A DNA stretch of 64,000 bases, from assembly GCA_029261455.1 (NCBI GenBank), contig JAJDBH010000116.1, positions 1,870 to 65,869 on the forward strand. Reading direction: 5' to 3'. Positions 9,843 to 18,310 of this stretch are shown here, one piece after another; position 1 is the stretch's first letter, and each line of letters opens with the position of its first letter. A program made the translations under genes and the position numbers. Origin of the DNA: Nitrospinaceae bacterium (GTDB lineage Bacteria > Nitrospinota > Nitrospinia > Nitrospinales > VA-1). Below the pieces are notes generated by a model. It was given only the letters and a program-made list of their open reading frames with translations, searched no databases and was not told the DNA's origin.

Positions 9843-9877
9843 GTCTTACCCCATTGGCCCTACGCCGAGTGGGTGAG

Positions 9878-10129
9878 TTATCTATAAGGCATCTTGTTGC
9901 CTTCGAGTTGTTTTACGATATCGGCTTCGAACTGGTTTTCTACCCGGACAAATTCTTCGAACTCTCTCGGACTTTTGAATTCAAAAACTTTGGGTTCTTT
10001 TTGTCCGCAAATTTCTTCATCCTGCTCAACCGTTAACATATTATTTTCTACGGACCGTATCACGAATTTTTTCCGCGTTTGAAATTTGGCGAAAATCTCC
10101 TGATAAACGGGCTCTAGATTAAGTGCCAT
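9878..10129 (-). CDS. small hypothetical protein
   Basis: 83 aa with natural composition, GGAG RBS, and an upstream sigma70-like promoter. Confidence 0.75.
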   Translation of the reverse strand: MALNLEPVYQEIFAKFQTRKKFVIRSVENNMLTVEQDEEICGQKEPKVFEFKSPREFEEFVRVENQFEADIVKQLEGNKMPYR

Positions 10130-10161
10130 GAAACGTCTCCAAATATTCCATATTTATTTTA

Positions 10162-10258
10162 CTGGGGCCTCTAGCAATCGAAAGCTTTTTGCTTTGCAAT
10201 TCACCACCCTGAAAATAAGGGTGGCTCATGGCAGCTTTGATTTTTAGTGGACCCTAGC
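10162..10258 (-). other. candidate structured 5' leader / cis-regulatory RNA
   Basis: Long imperfect closing stem, internal bubble and apical CCACCCT-N7-AGGGTGG hairpin, lying between a promoter and the 83-aa gene. Confidence 0.4.
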
Positions 10259-10269
10259 TGAATAGTAGA

Positions 10270-10298
10270 ATTTTAACTTTCCTCAAAAGTAAAATCAA
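10270..10298 (-). promoter_or_regulatory. sigma70-type promoter
   Basis: Minus strand TTGATT-N17-TAAAAT. Confidence 0.55.
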
Positions 10299-10589
10299 AC
10301 TAATTGCACCGACTTGGCGTGGGGCTGTGATGTACCCTTTCCATAAACTTCATGCCCCGGAGGGGTGCAGCTGGCAATATGTTTTTTCTGTGTTCAATTG
10401 GTATCTCGGCTGATAGAGCCATTGTTCTCTGTCCATCTGTGGCTAACCAATTTTTCATGATCCATCCCTTAACAGTTTTGAGATTTTATGTTAGTCTATG
10501 CTCAGTAATGCGGTGAGTGATTCCTTCCACCGTTCTACCAGGTCTCACCTGCCGTCTACCCTCGACCGTTTTATTTATTTTTTCTTATC

Positions 10590-12035
10590 ATGCGAATATC
10601 CCTCAAGCGTTTAGCAGAAACACTCATTCAAGAGTCGAGCACCCCATTCAGTGCGGAAGAGTTTGCCAAAAGTCTGGAAGGGCGATGGCAAAAAGAAGTT
10701 TCTGATTCTGCCATGAAGCGGCTGAAGAAAGTTCTACTCAACCATTCTTCGTTGATCGGCATCCATGACAGTAATTTTATTCCCTTTCGCGCTGTGGTTG
10801 AAAAGATCGGTCACGTATCTTTATCAATGCAGTTGGGGAAATGGGAGTTGAAGGAGGGTGTCTTGATCCCGGGGCATCGTTTGATTCCTTTCCTGCCGAC
10901 GAACCTTAAAGAGAGTGAGTTGACTTTTCAGGACCCGGATGGGAATGAAATTCCCAAGTTGAAAAAATCTTATTTTATTCAGGACATCATTCCTTTTTAT
11001 CAGTACTGCGGGGGTGCGCATTTTCCCGAAGAAATCAAGATCAATGAATGGATTCCCGGGAAAAGTCGTATGACGGTCACGGTCTGGGACATGACTTCTT
11101 TATACAAGAGTTTCTCATCCCGGCCGGGGGATGCTGTTTTGATTGATCTGGTTGACTATGATAAGGGAATCTATCGGGTGCGCCCCTACTCCTCGCGGCA
11201 ATATCGGTTGGATCGGTTGCGCATGCGGGCGCTTTATATTGCTTTGGCGACTCAGATGGACCCTCTTTGCCAGGACGAAAAATTTTGTTCTACCGGACTG
11301 GAAAAACAATTGTTACGCATCCTCTTTTCTGTGGATGCGAAAGTGTTTCGCGAGGTGGAGGTTTTTTCTGTCACGGACTTTCTGGAGTCTCTCAAGGAAT
11401 GGACCATTGTCGGGTGTGAGGCTGGCGGGGTGCAGATGGTTCCTGTATGGCAAGAAGAACCGGGGCCTCTCGTTCGTTCCGGTGCCAACCGGGCGGTAAA
11501 GGGCGAGCTGGGATCACTGAATAAAATATTTCAGGATTTGCAATTGGCTTTTGACGCTTTAGAGTTTAAATCCATACTTTATACAGTCATGTCTTCGGAC
11601 AAATACAAACTGGAGGCGGTTTTTTTCCTGTTGTTCGGGGGCCAGGGTGATTTGTTCAAGGACAAAAAACAGCATGAAGTATTTTATGGTTATTTGCGGG
11701 AACTATTGTTCAAAATCTGTGAGGATCTTAAAATCCGCGAGTCGCATTTGATCGCGAATTTGCGTGAACAATGCGTGGATCTTAAATTGAGTCTGGTCGG
11801 GGTTTTGCGGTTTCTGGAAGATCAGGAAGTTGGACTGGAAGACCTGCCGGCAGACTTATTGAGCCAGATTATCGAGCTGGATCATTTTTGTACTGATGCG
11901 CTGCACCAGTTTGCTGAGCGGGAACGGCCACCGGAGCTGAAGTTTATCCGTGAAGTACGTATTGCTTTGAAAGTGGTGTTGCCGCAACTTGCGATAGTGG
12001 AAGAGGAAGTCTATTCCCGCCTGGCGATTTATTAA
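10590..12035 (+). CDS. hypothetical protein (481 aa)
   Basis: Long ORF with natural composition; no motif recognised. Confidence 0.75.
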   Translation: MRISLKRLAETLIQESSTPFSAEEFAKSLEGRWQKEVSDSAMKRLKKVLLNHSSLIGIHDSNFIPFRAVVEKIGHVSLSMQLGKWELKEGVLIPGHRLIPFLPTNLKESELTFQDPDGNEIPKLKKSYFIQDIIPFYQYCGGAHFPEEIKINEWIPGKSRMTVTVWDMTSLYKSFSSRPGDAVLIDLVDYDKGIYRVRPYSSRQYRLDRLRMRALYIALATQMDPLCQDEKFCSTGLEKQLLRILFSVDAKVFREVEVFSVTDFLESLKEWTIVGCEAGGVQMVPVWQEEPGPLVRSGANRAVKGELGSLNKIFQDLQLAFDALEFKSILYTVMSSDKYKLEAVFFLLFGGQGDLFKDKKQHEVFYGYLRELLFKICEDLKIRESHLIANLREQCVDLKLSLVGVLRFLEDQEVGLEDLPADLLSQIIELDHFCTDALHQFAERERPPELKFIREVRIALKVVLPQLAIVEEEVYSRLAIY

Positions 12036-12059
12036 CCACTCGGCGTGGGGCCGACTGGA

Positions 12060-13445
12060 TTAGCTTTCATTGGCGAGCAACAGTTTTTCTCGGCTGGATG
12101 AGTCTTTGCTATCTGCCTCCCTCGCTAGAGGGCCGTTGAGGGAATGACCGGAAACACTTTCGACCTGCACCTTGACCGTATCTCCGGCTTTTAATGTCTC
12201 TTCCCCACCTTGAATATTTGCGCCCCAGTATTGCGGATTCCTGCCCTTGAAGGTATAGCCCGGTTTAGATGACCGGCCTTCTATCAGCACTTCAACATTT
12301 TTACCGATAAAAGCTTGACCCTGCTCGGCGGTCAACCGACTTTGCAGGGCGATGGTTTCCTGTAGTCTGCGTTTTTTGGTTTCTTCAGGAACCGAATCGG
12401 GCAATTCATTCGCCGGGGTTCCGGGTCTGGGACTGTAAGAAAACATGAAGCTACTGCTGTAGCCAACCTCTTGCATAATTTTCAGTGTATCGTCAAAGGC
12501 TTCATCTGATTCACCGGGAAACCCAACAATGATATCGGTGGAGATGGATATGTCGGGCACTTCTGATTTCAATTCTAATAGTAAATCTCTATACTCTTCA
12601 ATTGTGTGGTCGCGGCGCATGGCTTGGAGCACTTCGTTGTTACCGCTCTGAACAGGGAGATGTAGATGGTTCACCAGAATGTCAATATCCCGGTAGGCGC
12701 TAATGGTCTCGCGGGTGAAATCGTTGGGGTGGCTGGTGGTGAACCGCAATCTTTCTACTCCGGGAATTTTAGCGACGCCGTACAAAAGCTCATGAAACGG
12801 TATGGGGTTCTCCAGCCCTCGCTTGCCGTATGAATTTACATTTTGCCCGAGTAGAATGATTTCTTTCGCACCGTGATCGACCAGGTGACGGATTTCTCCA
12901 TAGAGTTCCTCTGGCTCTCGCGACTTTTCTCTTCCTCGAGTGAACGGAACCACGCAAAAGGTGCAAAATTTATCGCATCCTTTAATGATGTTTACAAACG
13001 CGCTGGGTCCGGGAGATTTGGGTAAGGCCAGTTCGGATATAGAGTAAGCTTTTTCCTTATCAAAACCGGTCCAGACGAAAGATTTTCCAGTATCGCGCAC
13101 CCGTTCCACAGCCTCTGCAATTCCATCCACTTGGTCCGGGCCCATCACGAAATCCAGATAGGGCATCCGTTGCAGCAATTTCTTACCATCCTGCTGGCCG
13201 AGACACCCGGTTAAGCCCAGAATAAGGTCTGGGTTGGCCATTTTTAAAGGCTTTAAGCTACCAAACAGGGAGAACGTTTTTTGTTCAGCCTTTTCCCGTA
13301 TTGAACAGGTATTGACCAGAATCAGGTCTGCATCCTCTTTTTCCTGAGTGCGTCGGTAACCGGAATGGAACAGGATGAGTTCCATCCTGTCCGTATCGGC
13401 GACATTCATCTGACAGCCAAAAGTATCTAAATAGACTTGTTTCAT
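12060..13445 (-). CDS. miaB: tRNA-2-methylthio-N6-dimethylallyladenosine synthase
   Basis: TFGCQMN, NTCSIREKAE, radical SAM CDKFCTFC and a C-terminal TRAM domain; likely start MKQVY at 13445. Confidence 0.95.
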   Translation of the reverse strand: MKQVYLDTFGCQMNVADTDRMELILFHSGYRRTQEKEDADLILVNTCSIREKAEQKTFSLFGSLKPLKMANPDLILGLTGCLGQQDGKKLLQRMPYLDFVMGPDQVDGIAEAVERVRDTGKSFVWTGFDKEKAYSISELALPKSPGPSAFVNIIKGCDKFCTFCVVPFTRGREKSREPEELYGEIRHLVDHGAKEIILLGQNVNSYGKRGLENPIPFHELLYGVAKIPGVERLRFTTSHPNDFTRETISAYRDIDILVNHLHLPVQSGNNEVLQAMRRDHTIEEYRDLLLELKSEVPDISISTDIIVGFPGESDEAFDDTLKIMQEVGYSSSFMFSYSPRPGTPANELPDSVPEETKKRRLQETIALQSRLTAEQGQAFIGKNVEVLIEGRSSKPGYTFKGRNPQYWGANIQGGEETLKAGDTVKVQVESVSGHSLNGPLAREADSKDSSSREKLLLANES

Positions 13446-13597
13446 AAGGAAGAATGTAAGGGAATCGTCTGATCTTTGCAACCGACATTTGGTCGGGACT
13501 GAAATTTATGACAAAAGGGTCGCCTTTTTACCGCAATATGAATTTAAACAAATTTATAGTAATTAATATTGAATTTAGGGTTATTCAGGGAATTTTA

Positions 13598-13627
13598 TTG
13601 ACAAGTTGATGCCTTTAAAAGTAACAT
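13598..13627 (+). promoter_or_regulatory. sigma70-type promoter of the HTH gene
   Basis: TTGACA-N18-TAACAT. Confidence 0.45.
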
Positions 13628-13703
13628 TTATGTATTCCACAAAAAGTATTTAAATAAGCAGGACCAAATTGGGTCAGAACCATCTTAATGGAGGGGATTA
13701 ACT

Positions 13704-13955
13704 GTGGCCAACACCAACAGCGTCCGGGAAATTCGGGAAGCTAAAATGATGAGCAAGGCCGAGTTGGCTCGAAAGGCAAGTGTGACCGTTCAAACGATTG
13801 ATCGTATTGAAAAGGGGAACGACTGTCGACTCGATACCAAGCGGAAGATTATTTTAGCTCTTGGGTACAAACTCGCAGACCGGACAAGAATTTTTGATTC
13901 TGCAAATGACAACTCTGCTTCAGTGCAGGAAAAAGGAAAGTCAAAAAATTCCTGA
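13704..13955 (+). CDS. small XRE-family HTH regulator upstream of pilM
   Basis: MMSKAELARKASVTVQTIDRIEKG...CRLDTKRKIILALG; GGAGG RBS, GTG start. Confidence 0.85.
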   Translation: MANTNSVREIREAKMMSKAELARKASVTVQTIDRIEKGNDCRLDTKRKIILALGYKLADRTRIFDSANDNSASVQEKGKSKNS

Positions 13956-14215
13956 ATTTTTATAGGGATTTCTATTTTGAAGGTTGGAGCATGTTAATAC
14001 ATGTTGAAAAAATAGGGGCTTTATTCAATACATCTCAAAACGCTTATCGGAATAAGCGTGAGGGACTTGAGTGCTGAACAGAAAGAAAGCTTGCAGATGA
14101 TATTGATGAATTTTTATGGAAAGTGATAAAAAATCATTCACCTAAATTGGCGGGGACCATGTATAGCTATTTTTAAAGGCCTTATTTTAATTAAGGTTAT
14201 GAGTAATAAGCCGGT

Positions 14216-14233
14216 TTGGTACAAGGCTTGCTG
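14216..14233 (+). promoter_or_regulatory. sigma54 (-24/-12) promoter for pilMNOPQ
   Basis: TTGGTACA-AGGC-TTGCT, with exact GG-N10-GC spacing, about 60 nt before the pilM ATG. Confidence 0.7.
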
Positions 14234-14292
14234 TTTTTGAAGGTATATCAGCCCTTTTGAGGGTGAATATTACAGAATTTTTTTGGGATTTT

Positions 14293-15453
14293 ATGTTTCT
14301 ATCGAAAAAAAGTCCATTAGTGGCCATCGACATTGGATCTTCTTCCATCAAGCTGGTTCAGTTGACTGAATTTAAAGAAGGCCAGTATGAACTGACTCGT
14401 TTTGGCATGATGCCGTTGGAAGAGGAATGCATTGTTGAAGGGGCGATTAAAAAGCCCGATCAGGTAGCGGCGGCCTTGAAAAATTTAATCAAAGCTGAAA
14501 AAATTCAAAGCCGTTTTGCCGTTTCTGCAGTTGCTGGAGAAGCGGTTTTCATAAAGAAAATAAAAGTTCCGGTAATGTCGGAGGAGGAGCTTTCTGCAAA
14601 GATAACCCAGGAAGCGGAGCAGTACATTCCTTTCGATATTGACGATGTGGCTCTCGACTTCCAAATACTGGGTGCGTTAAATGCTGAAAAGGAAAGGGGG
14701 ACCGAAGGTTCGGAAGATTCGGAAGAATCTGAACCTACTGTTGATTCCCCTCAAGATAATGGGGAGCAAAAAGAGGACTCGAATGAGGAAGGGGAAATGA
14801 TGGAAGCCCTTTTGGTCGCGGTTCAGAGGGACGTCATTGATGAGAGGACGAATATTCTTCTGGAAGCAGATTTGAAACCTGCCATCATTGATTTAGATGT
14901 GTTTGCATTGATGAATGCGGCACAGTTGACCACTGACTTGTCATCAATGGGCACCATAGCTCTGATTGATCTGGGAGATTCTTTCACTCATATCAATATT
15001 ATCCAAGATGGGGCAATGGGTTATACCCGAGATATCCCTGTTGGGGGAGGGTATTTGACCAATATACTCATGTCAAAATTTCAGATTCCCTTTAAACAAA
15101 CCCTTGACATAAAACGGGGCAAGTTCCCTTCAAGTATTAAAGAAGAGGAAGTAGTCGAAGTTATTCTCCGAGCCTACAAAAAAGTTTTAGAGGAGGTTCA
15201 AAAATCATTCGAATATTTCAGCACCCTGTCTGATCGCAAGATCGAGCGAGTTTTGTTGTGCGGGGGGGGGAGTATGATTCGGGGACTAGATGGATATTTT
15301 GCTGATCATCTAAAAATGCCCGTAGAGATTCTGGACCCAATGCAGGGGGTTAAAATAAATCCTAAAAACTTTGATCAATCATTGATCGATGAAATGAGCG
15401 GGTTATCCACAGTTGCCTTGGGTTTAGCTACAAGGAGGTTTGACTATAAATGA
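14293..15453 (+). CDS. pilM: type IV pilus assembly protein PilM
   Basis: IDIGSSSIKLV, EAEQYIPF, IDLG, LCGGGS and GLATR motifs; carries an acidic insertion. Confidence 0.95.
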   Translation: MFLSKKSPLVAIDIGSSSIKLVQLTEFKEGQYELTRFGMMPLEEECIVEGAIKKPDQVAAALKNLIKAEKIQSRFAVSAVAGEAVFIKKIKVPVMSEEELSAKITQEAEQYIPFDIDDVALDFQILGALNAEKERGTEGSEDSEESEPTVDSPQDNGEQKEDSNEEGEMMEALLVAVQRDVIDERTNILLEADLKPAIIDLDVFALMNAAQLTTDLSSMGTIALIDLGDSFTHINIIQDGAMGYTRDIPVGGGYLTNILMSKFQIPFKQTLDIKRGKFPSSIKEEEVVEVILRAYKKVLEEVQKSFEYFSTLSDRKIERVLLCGGGSMIRGLDGYFADHLKMPVEILDPMQGVKINPKNFDQSLIDEMSGLSTVALGLATRRFDYK

Positions 15454-16115
15454 TTCGAATCAATCTCCATGACTATCGATATGAGCTAAGAAAAATTGAG
15501 ATCCAGAAGCGGGTGGTTAAATGTGCTGCGATCATTACTGCGGCGTTCTTTTTTGTTATAGCCATTTGGTTGATGGAGCAGGCTCGCCTGGATTCGATAA
15601 GACTTGAGACGATCAACCTGGAGTCACAGGTTGCGGCTTTGAAAAGTCAGTATAAAAAGGTCAAAGCCATGGAAGCCAAACAGAACCGTATGCAGACTAT
15701 CATTGCGGGGATTGAAGGTTTAAGAGAAAAACAAATGCCCGCGAACATAATTGTCAGCGATTTGAATATGACAGTTCCTGACGATCTTTGGTTGTCTTCT
15801 ATCATACAGAAGGATGCCGAAAGTCTTCGGGCAAAGAAAATTCCTGTCATCATGTTTGGTGACCCCGCTAAGAAGAAAAAGAAAAAGAAAAGGAAAAAGA
15901 AAAAGGGAGCGATAAGCCCCACAAAAGAATTTGTAGAAGTTTCGGGCTATGCCCTGACTGAAAAAGGGGTGGTGGAGTATGTGAAAAGGTTGCAGGAACT
16001 TCCTTATTATGAATCTACTTTCCTTTATAAATCAGCCCAGGTAGTTATTGGGGGAGAGGCGATTTACAACTTTATTATTTATTGCTATATGCCGGAAAAG
16101 AAGAAATCGGCTTAA
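15450..16115 (+). CDS. pilN: type IV pilus assembly protein PilN
   Basis: MIRINL start, TM helix, coiled coil and VPDDLWLSSI; carries a poly-Lys insertion. Confidence 0.9.
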   Translation: MIRINLHDYRYELRKIEIQKRVVKCAAIITAAFFFVIAIWLMEQARLDSIRLETINLESQVAALKSQYKKVKAMEAKQNRMQTIIAGIEGLREKQMPANIIVSDLNMTVPDDLWLSSIIQKDAESLRAKKIPVIMFGDPAKKKKKKKRKKKKGAISPTKEFVEVSGYALTEKGVVEYVKRLQELPYYESTFLYKSAQVVIGGEAIYNFIIYCYMPEKKKSA

Positions 16116-16124
16116 TCAAAGACT

Positions 16125-16799
16125 ATGGAACAATTGTTCGATAAATTACCCTACGATGATCTAGAGGATATTCAGTTCATCCATTTGCTTGCAGGAGCAA
16201 TAGGTATAGGCTTTGTACTTTTCCTTATCTATTTTTTCACCTTGCACAGCGTTGCAAATGAGGAATATGAGAGCCTCCTCAAACAGAAGGATGGGGCAGA
16301 GAGAACCCTTCGACGATACAAAGCAACCGTTGCTAAAGAAGACGTGGTGGCAAAAAATGTGGCTCGCGTTAAGGGACAGTTTGATGCGTTTAAAAACCAA
16401 ATGCCCAGTCAGGATGAGCTTCCCGATTTGATACAACAGATAGCTGAATTTGGAAAGCATAGAAAAATCAAGATGGTTGCTCTCACTATGCAGGAGGGTA
16501 AAGTTGGAGATTTTTATAAAGAGATTCCCTTGAAAGTCCAGATAGATGGGGAATTATGGGTCACGCTCGATTTCATTGAATATATGCAGAATCTTTTACG
16601 TCTGGTTAATTTTGAAGATCTAATACTCCAGGGGCAGAGCGCGTCCAACTCTAGAAGAAATACTGCGGGTGCTACAGTGGGCTCTTTGAATACCACGTTA
16701 ATAGCAAAGACTTACTCGTTTATTGAGGGTTCAGAAAATCGTTCGCCCAAAAAAAAGAAATCGCCAACTAAGGCGGTAAACAAGAAAAAAGGGCATTGA
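16125..16799 (+). CDS. pilO: type IV pilus assembly protein PilO
   Basis: TM plus coiled coil; MPSQDELPDLI, FYKEIPL and RLVN motifs. Confidence 0.9.
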   Translation: MEQLFDKLPYDDLEDIQFIHLLAGAIGIGFVLFLIYFFTLHSVANEEYESLLKQKDGAERTLRRYKATVAKEDVVAKNVARVKGQFDAFKNQMPSQDELPDLIQQIAEFGKHRKIKMVALTMQEGKVGDFYKEIPLKVQIDGELWVTLDFIEYMQNLLRLVNFEDLILQGQSASNSRRNTAGATVGSLNTTLIAKTYSFIEGSENRSPKKKKSPTKAVNKKKGH

Positions 16800-16819
16800 G
16801 GTCTTTTAAAGGATGATGT

Positions 16820-18310
16820 TTGAACATGAGAGCTAGGTTATATTTGAAAATTTCATTTTTCCTGTGGATAGTTTTGGCAGGGCTCCAGCCTATTGTAGCT
16901 TCTGCAATGACTCCTCCTGCTCAGGAAGATCTGCGTTCTCGAAACTATAGGCTTAATACGTTATTCAAATATAGTGGCCTTAAAGATGTTTTAGGGAACA
17001 TTGAATCTATTGTACAAATTTCAAAAAATATTAGTGAGGATGCCTTAGCTCCAGGGCAAGGTGAATTTGCACGGGAAATTATGAACCAGGCATATTCCTC
17101 TGGTAAATTTTTCAGTGTTTTGAGGAAACCTTTTAATGAAGATTACAAACCTCAGCATGTTCACTCGGCAACTCAATGGTATAGAAGCACATTGGGAAAA
17201 AAAATATTAAAGCTTGAGGCAGAAGCGAATGACCCCGTCAACCGGATAGCGCTGGAAGAATTCGTGAAAAAAATATCAAATACTCCTCCGAGTGAGATGC
17301 GAATAAGGTTGGTGGAGAGAATCGAGAACTCTGCTCATTTGACGAAATCCGGAAAAACGCTTTTTCTGGGGTATGTCAAATTGATGCAGCCCTTTAATAA
17401 AAATATTGATAGAAAAGAAGCTGGCAAATTTTTGAGAGTGTTAGAGAAAAGCATTACTGAACCCATGCGGGAAGTGGTTTTGCGGAGCCTGCTTTTTAGT
17501 TTTAGAAATCTTAAAGATAAAGAGATCGAAGAATATGCCCGGTTTTTAAATTCCGACTCCGGTCAGTGGTTCAACCAGAAGGTCTTCAACGGTTTTAAGA
17601 AAGGGGTTAAGCGAGCTTTATATAAAGCAGGTCTAATTCAAGTCGATTTGTTGAAAGAAATCGACTCTGGTGGACCAGATTACCCTTTGTTAAAGGACAT
17701 GGTTCCACCCGGACAAAGATATCTACTGATTGGGAAACGAGATCCTTTTCAGCCTCTAGTAAACAATAAGGGGCTGGTTGTTTTTACTGAACCCGATTTA
17801 CGCAGGTTTGAAGCCCGATTGTTTGGGGCCGAGTTAAAAGATATTCCACCCGTTGCCTTGCAGGTTTTTGAGGAAATTGAAGACCGACACCCCAAACTTT
17901 ATAAAAAATTAAAGTACTTCGAGTTCTTGTTCAATAACCAGGAAAAACTGGAAGATCTGGAAGATGAAGAATATGCCCAGGTTGTAGCGGATTATCGCGA
18001 TGCGCTGGAGAAGTCTTCTGAAATCAGAATGGATGAGTCGCCCTTGCAGGTTGACTATAATTCTCTGAGAATGACAGGAATCATCAAGAAAAAAATGGAA
18101 GCGGTGGCCATGTTCGAGATTGAGACAACCGGATATGCGGTGAAAAAAGGCGACAGGATTGGTCCTTTCTTCGGGTACGTGAAAGAAATACAGGGCGATC
18201 AGGTAATTGTGATCGAAGAGTTCAGGGATTACCTCGGTAATATCCTGACAAATAAAAAAATTATTCAATTTTCACAGAGCACACCCATCGAGGGTAATAC
18301 GAACTCATGA
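16820..18310 (+). CDS. pilP: extended PilP: N-terminal helical (DUF2059-like) region fused to a PilP domain
   Basis: Lies between pilO and pilQ; has KRDPFQPL and the C-terminal SPLQ..LRMTGII..GYAVKKGDRIG..VIEEFRDYLG PilP beta domain; no lipobox Cys. Confidence 0.75.
   Translation: MNMRARLYLKISFFLWIVLAGLQPIVASAMTPPAQEDLRSRNYRLNTLFKYSGLKDVLGNIESIVQISKNISEDALAPGQGEFAREIMNQAYSSGKFFSVLRKPFNEDYKPQHVHSATQWYRSTLGKKILKLEAEANDPVNRIALEEFVKKISNTPPSEMRIRLVERIENSAHLTKSGKTLFLGYVKLMQPFNKNIDRKEAGKFLRVLEKSITEPMREVVLRSLLFSFRNLKDKEIEEYARFLNSDSGQWFNQKVFNGFKKGVKRALYKAGLIQVDLLKEIDSGGPDYPLLKDMVPPGQRYLLIGKRDPFQPLVNNKGLVVFTEPDLRRFEARLFGAELKDIPPVALQVFEEIEDRHPKLYKKLKYFEFLFNNQEKLEDLEDEEYAQVVADYRDALEKSSEIRMDESPLQVDYNSLRMTGIIKKKMEAVAMFEIETTGYAVKKGDRIGPFFGYVKEIQGDQVIVIEEFRDYLGNILTNKKIIQFSQSTPIEGNTNS

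Noticed and set aside
10195-10235. Hammerhead ribozyme core (UGAG-stem-GAA on the minus strand)
   Set aside because: The CUGANGA and GAAA cores are incomplete and no stems I/III with an NUH site are evident.
13990-14126. Possible PilZ-like pseudogene remnant (IGISVRDLSAEQKESLQMIL) between the HTH gene and pilM
   Set aside because: Too short, needs a frameshift, and the resemblance is weak.
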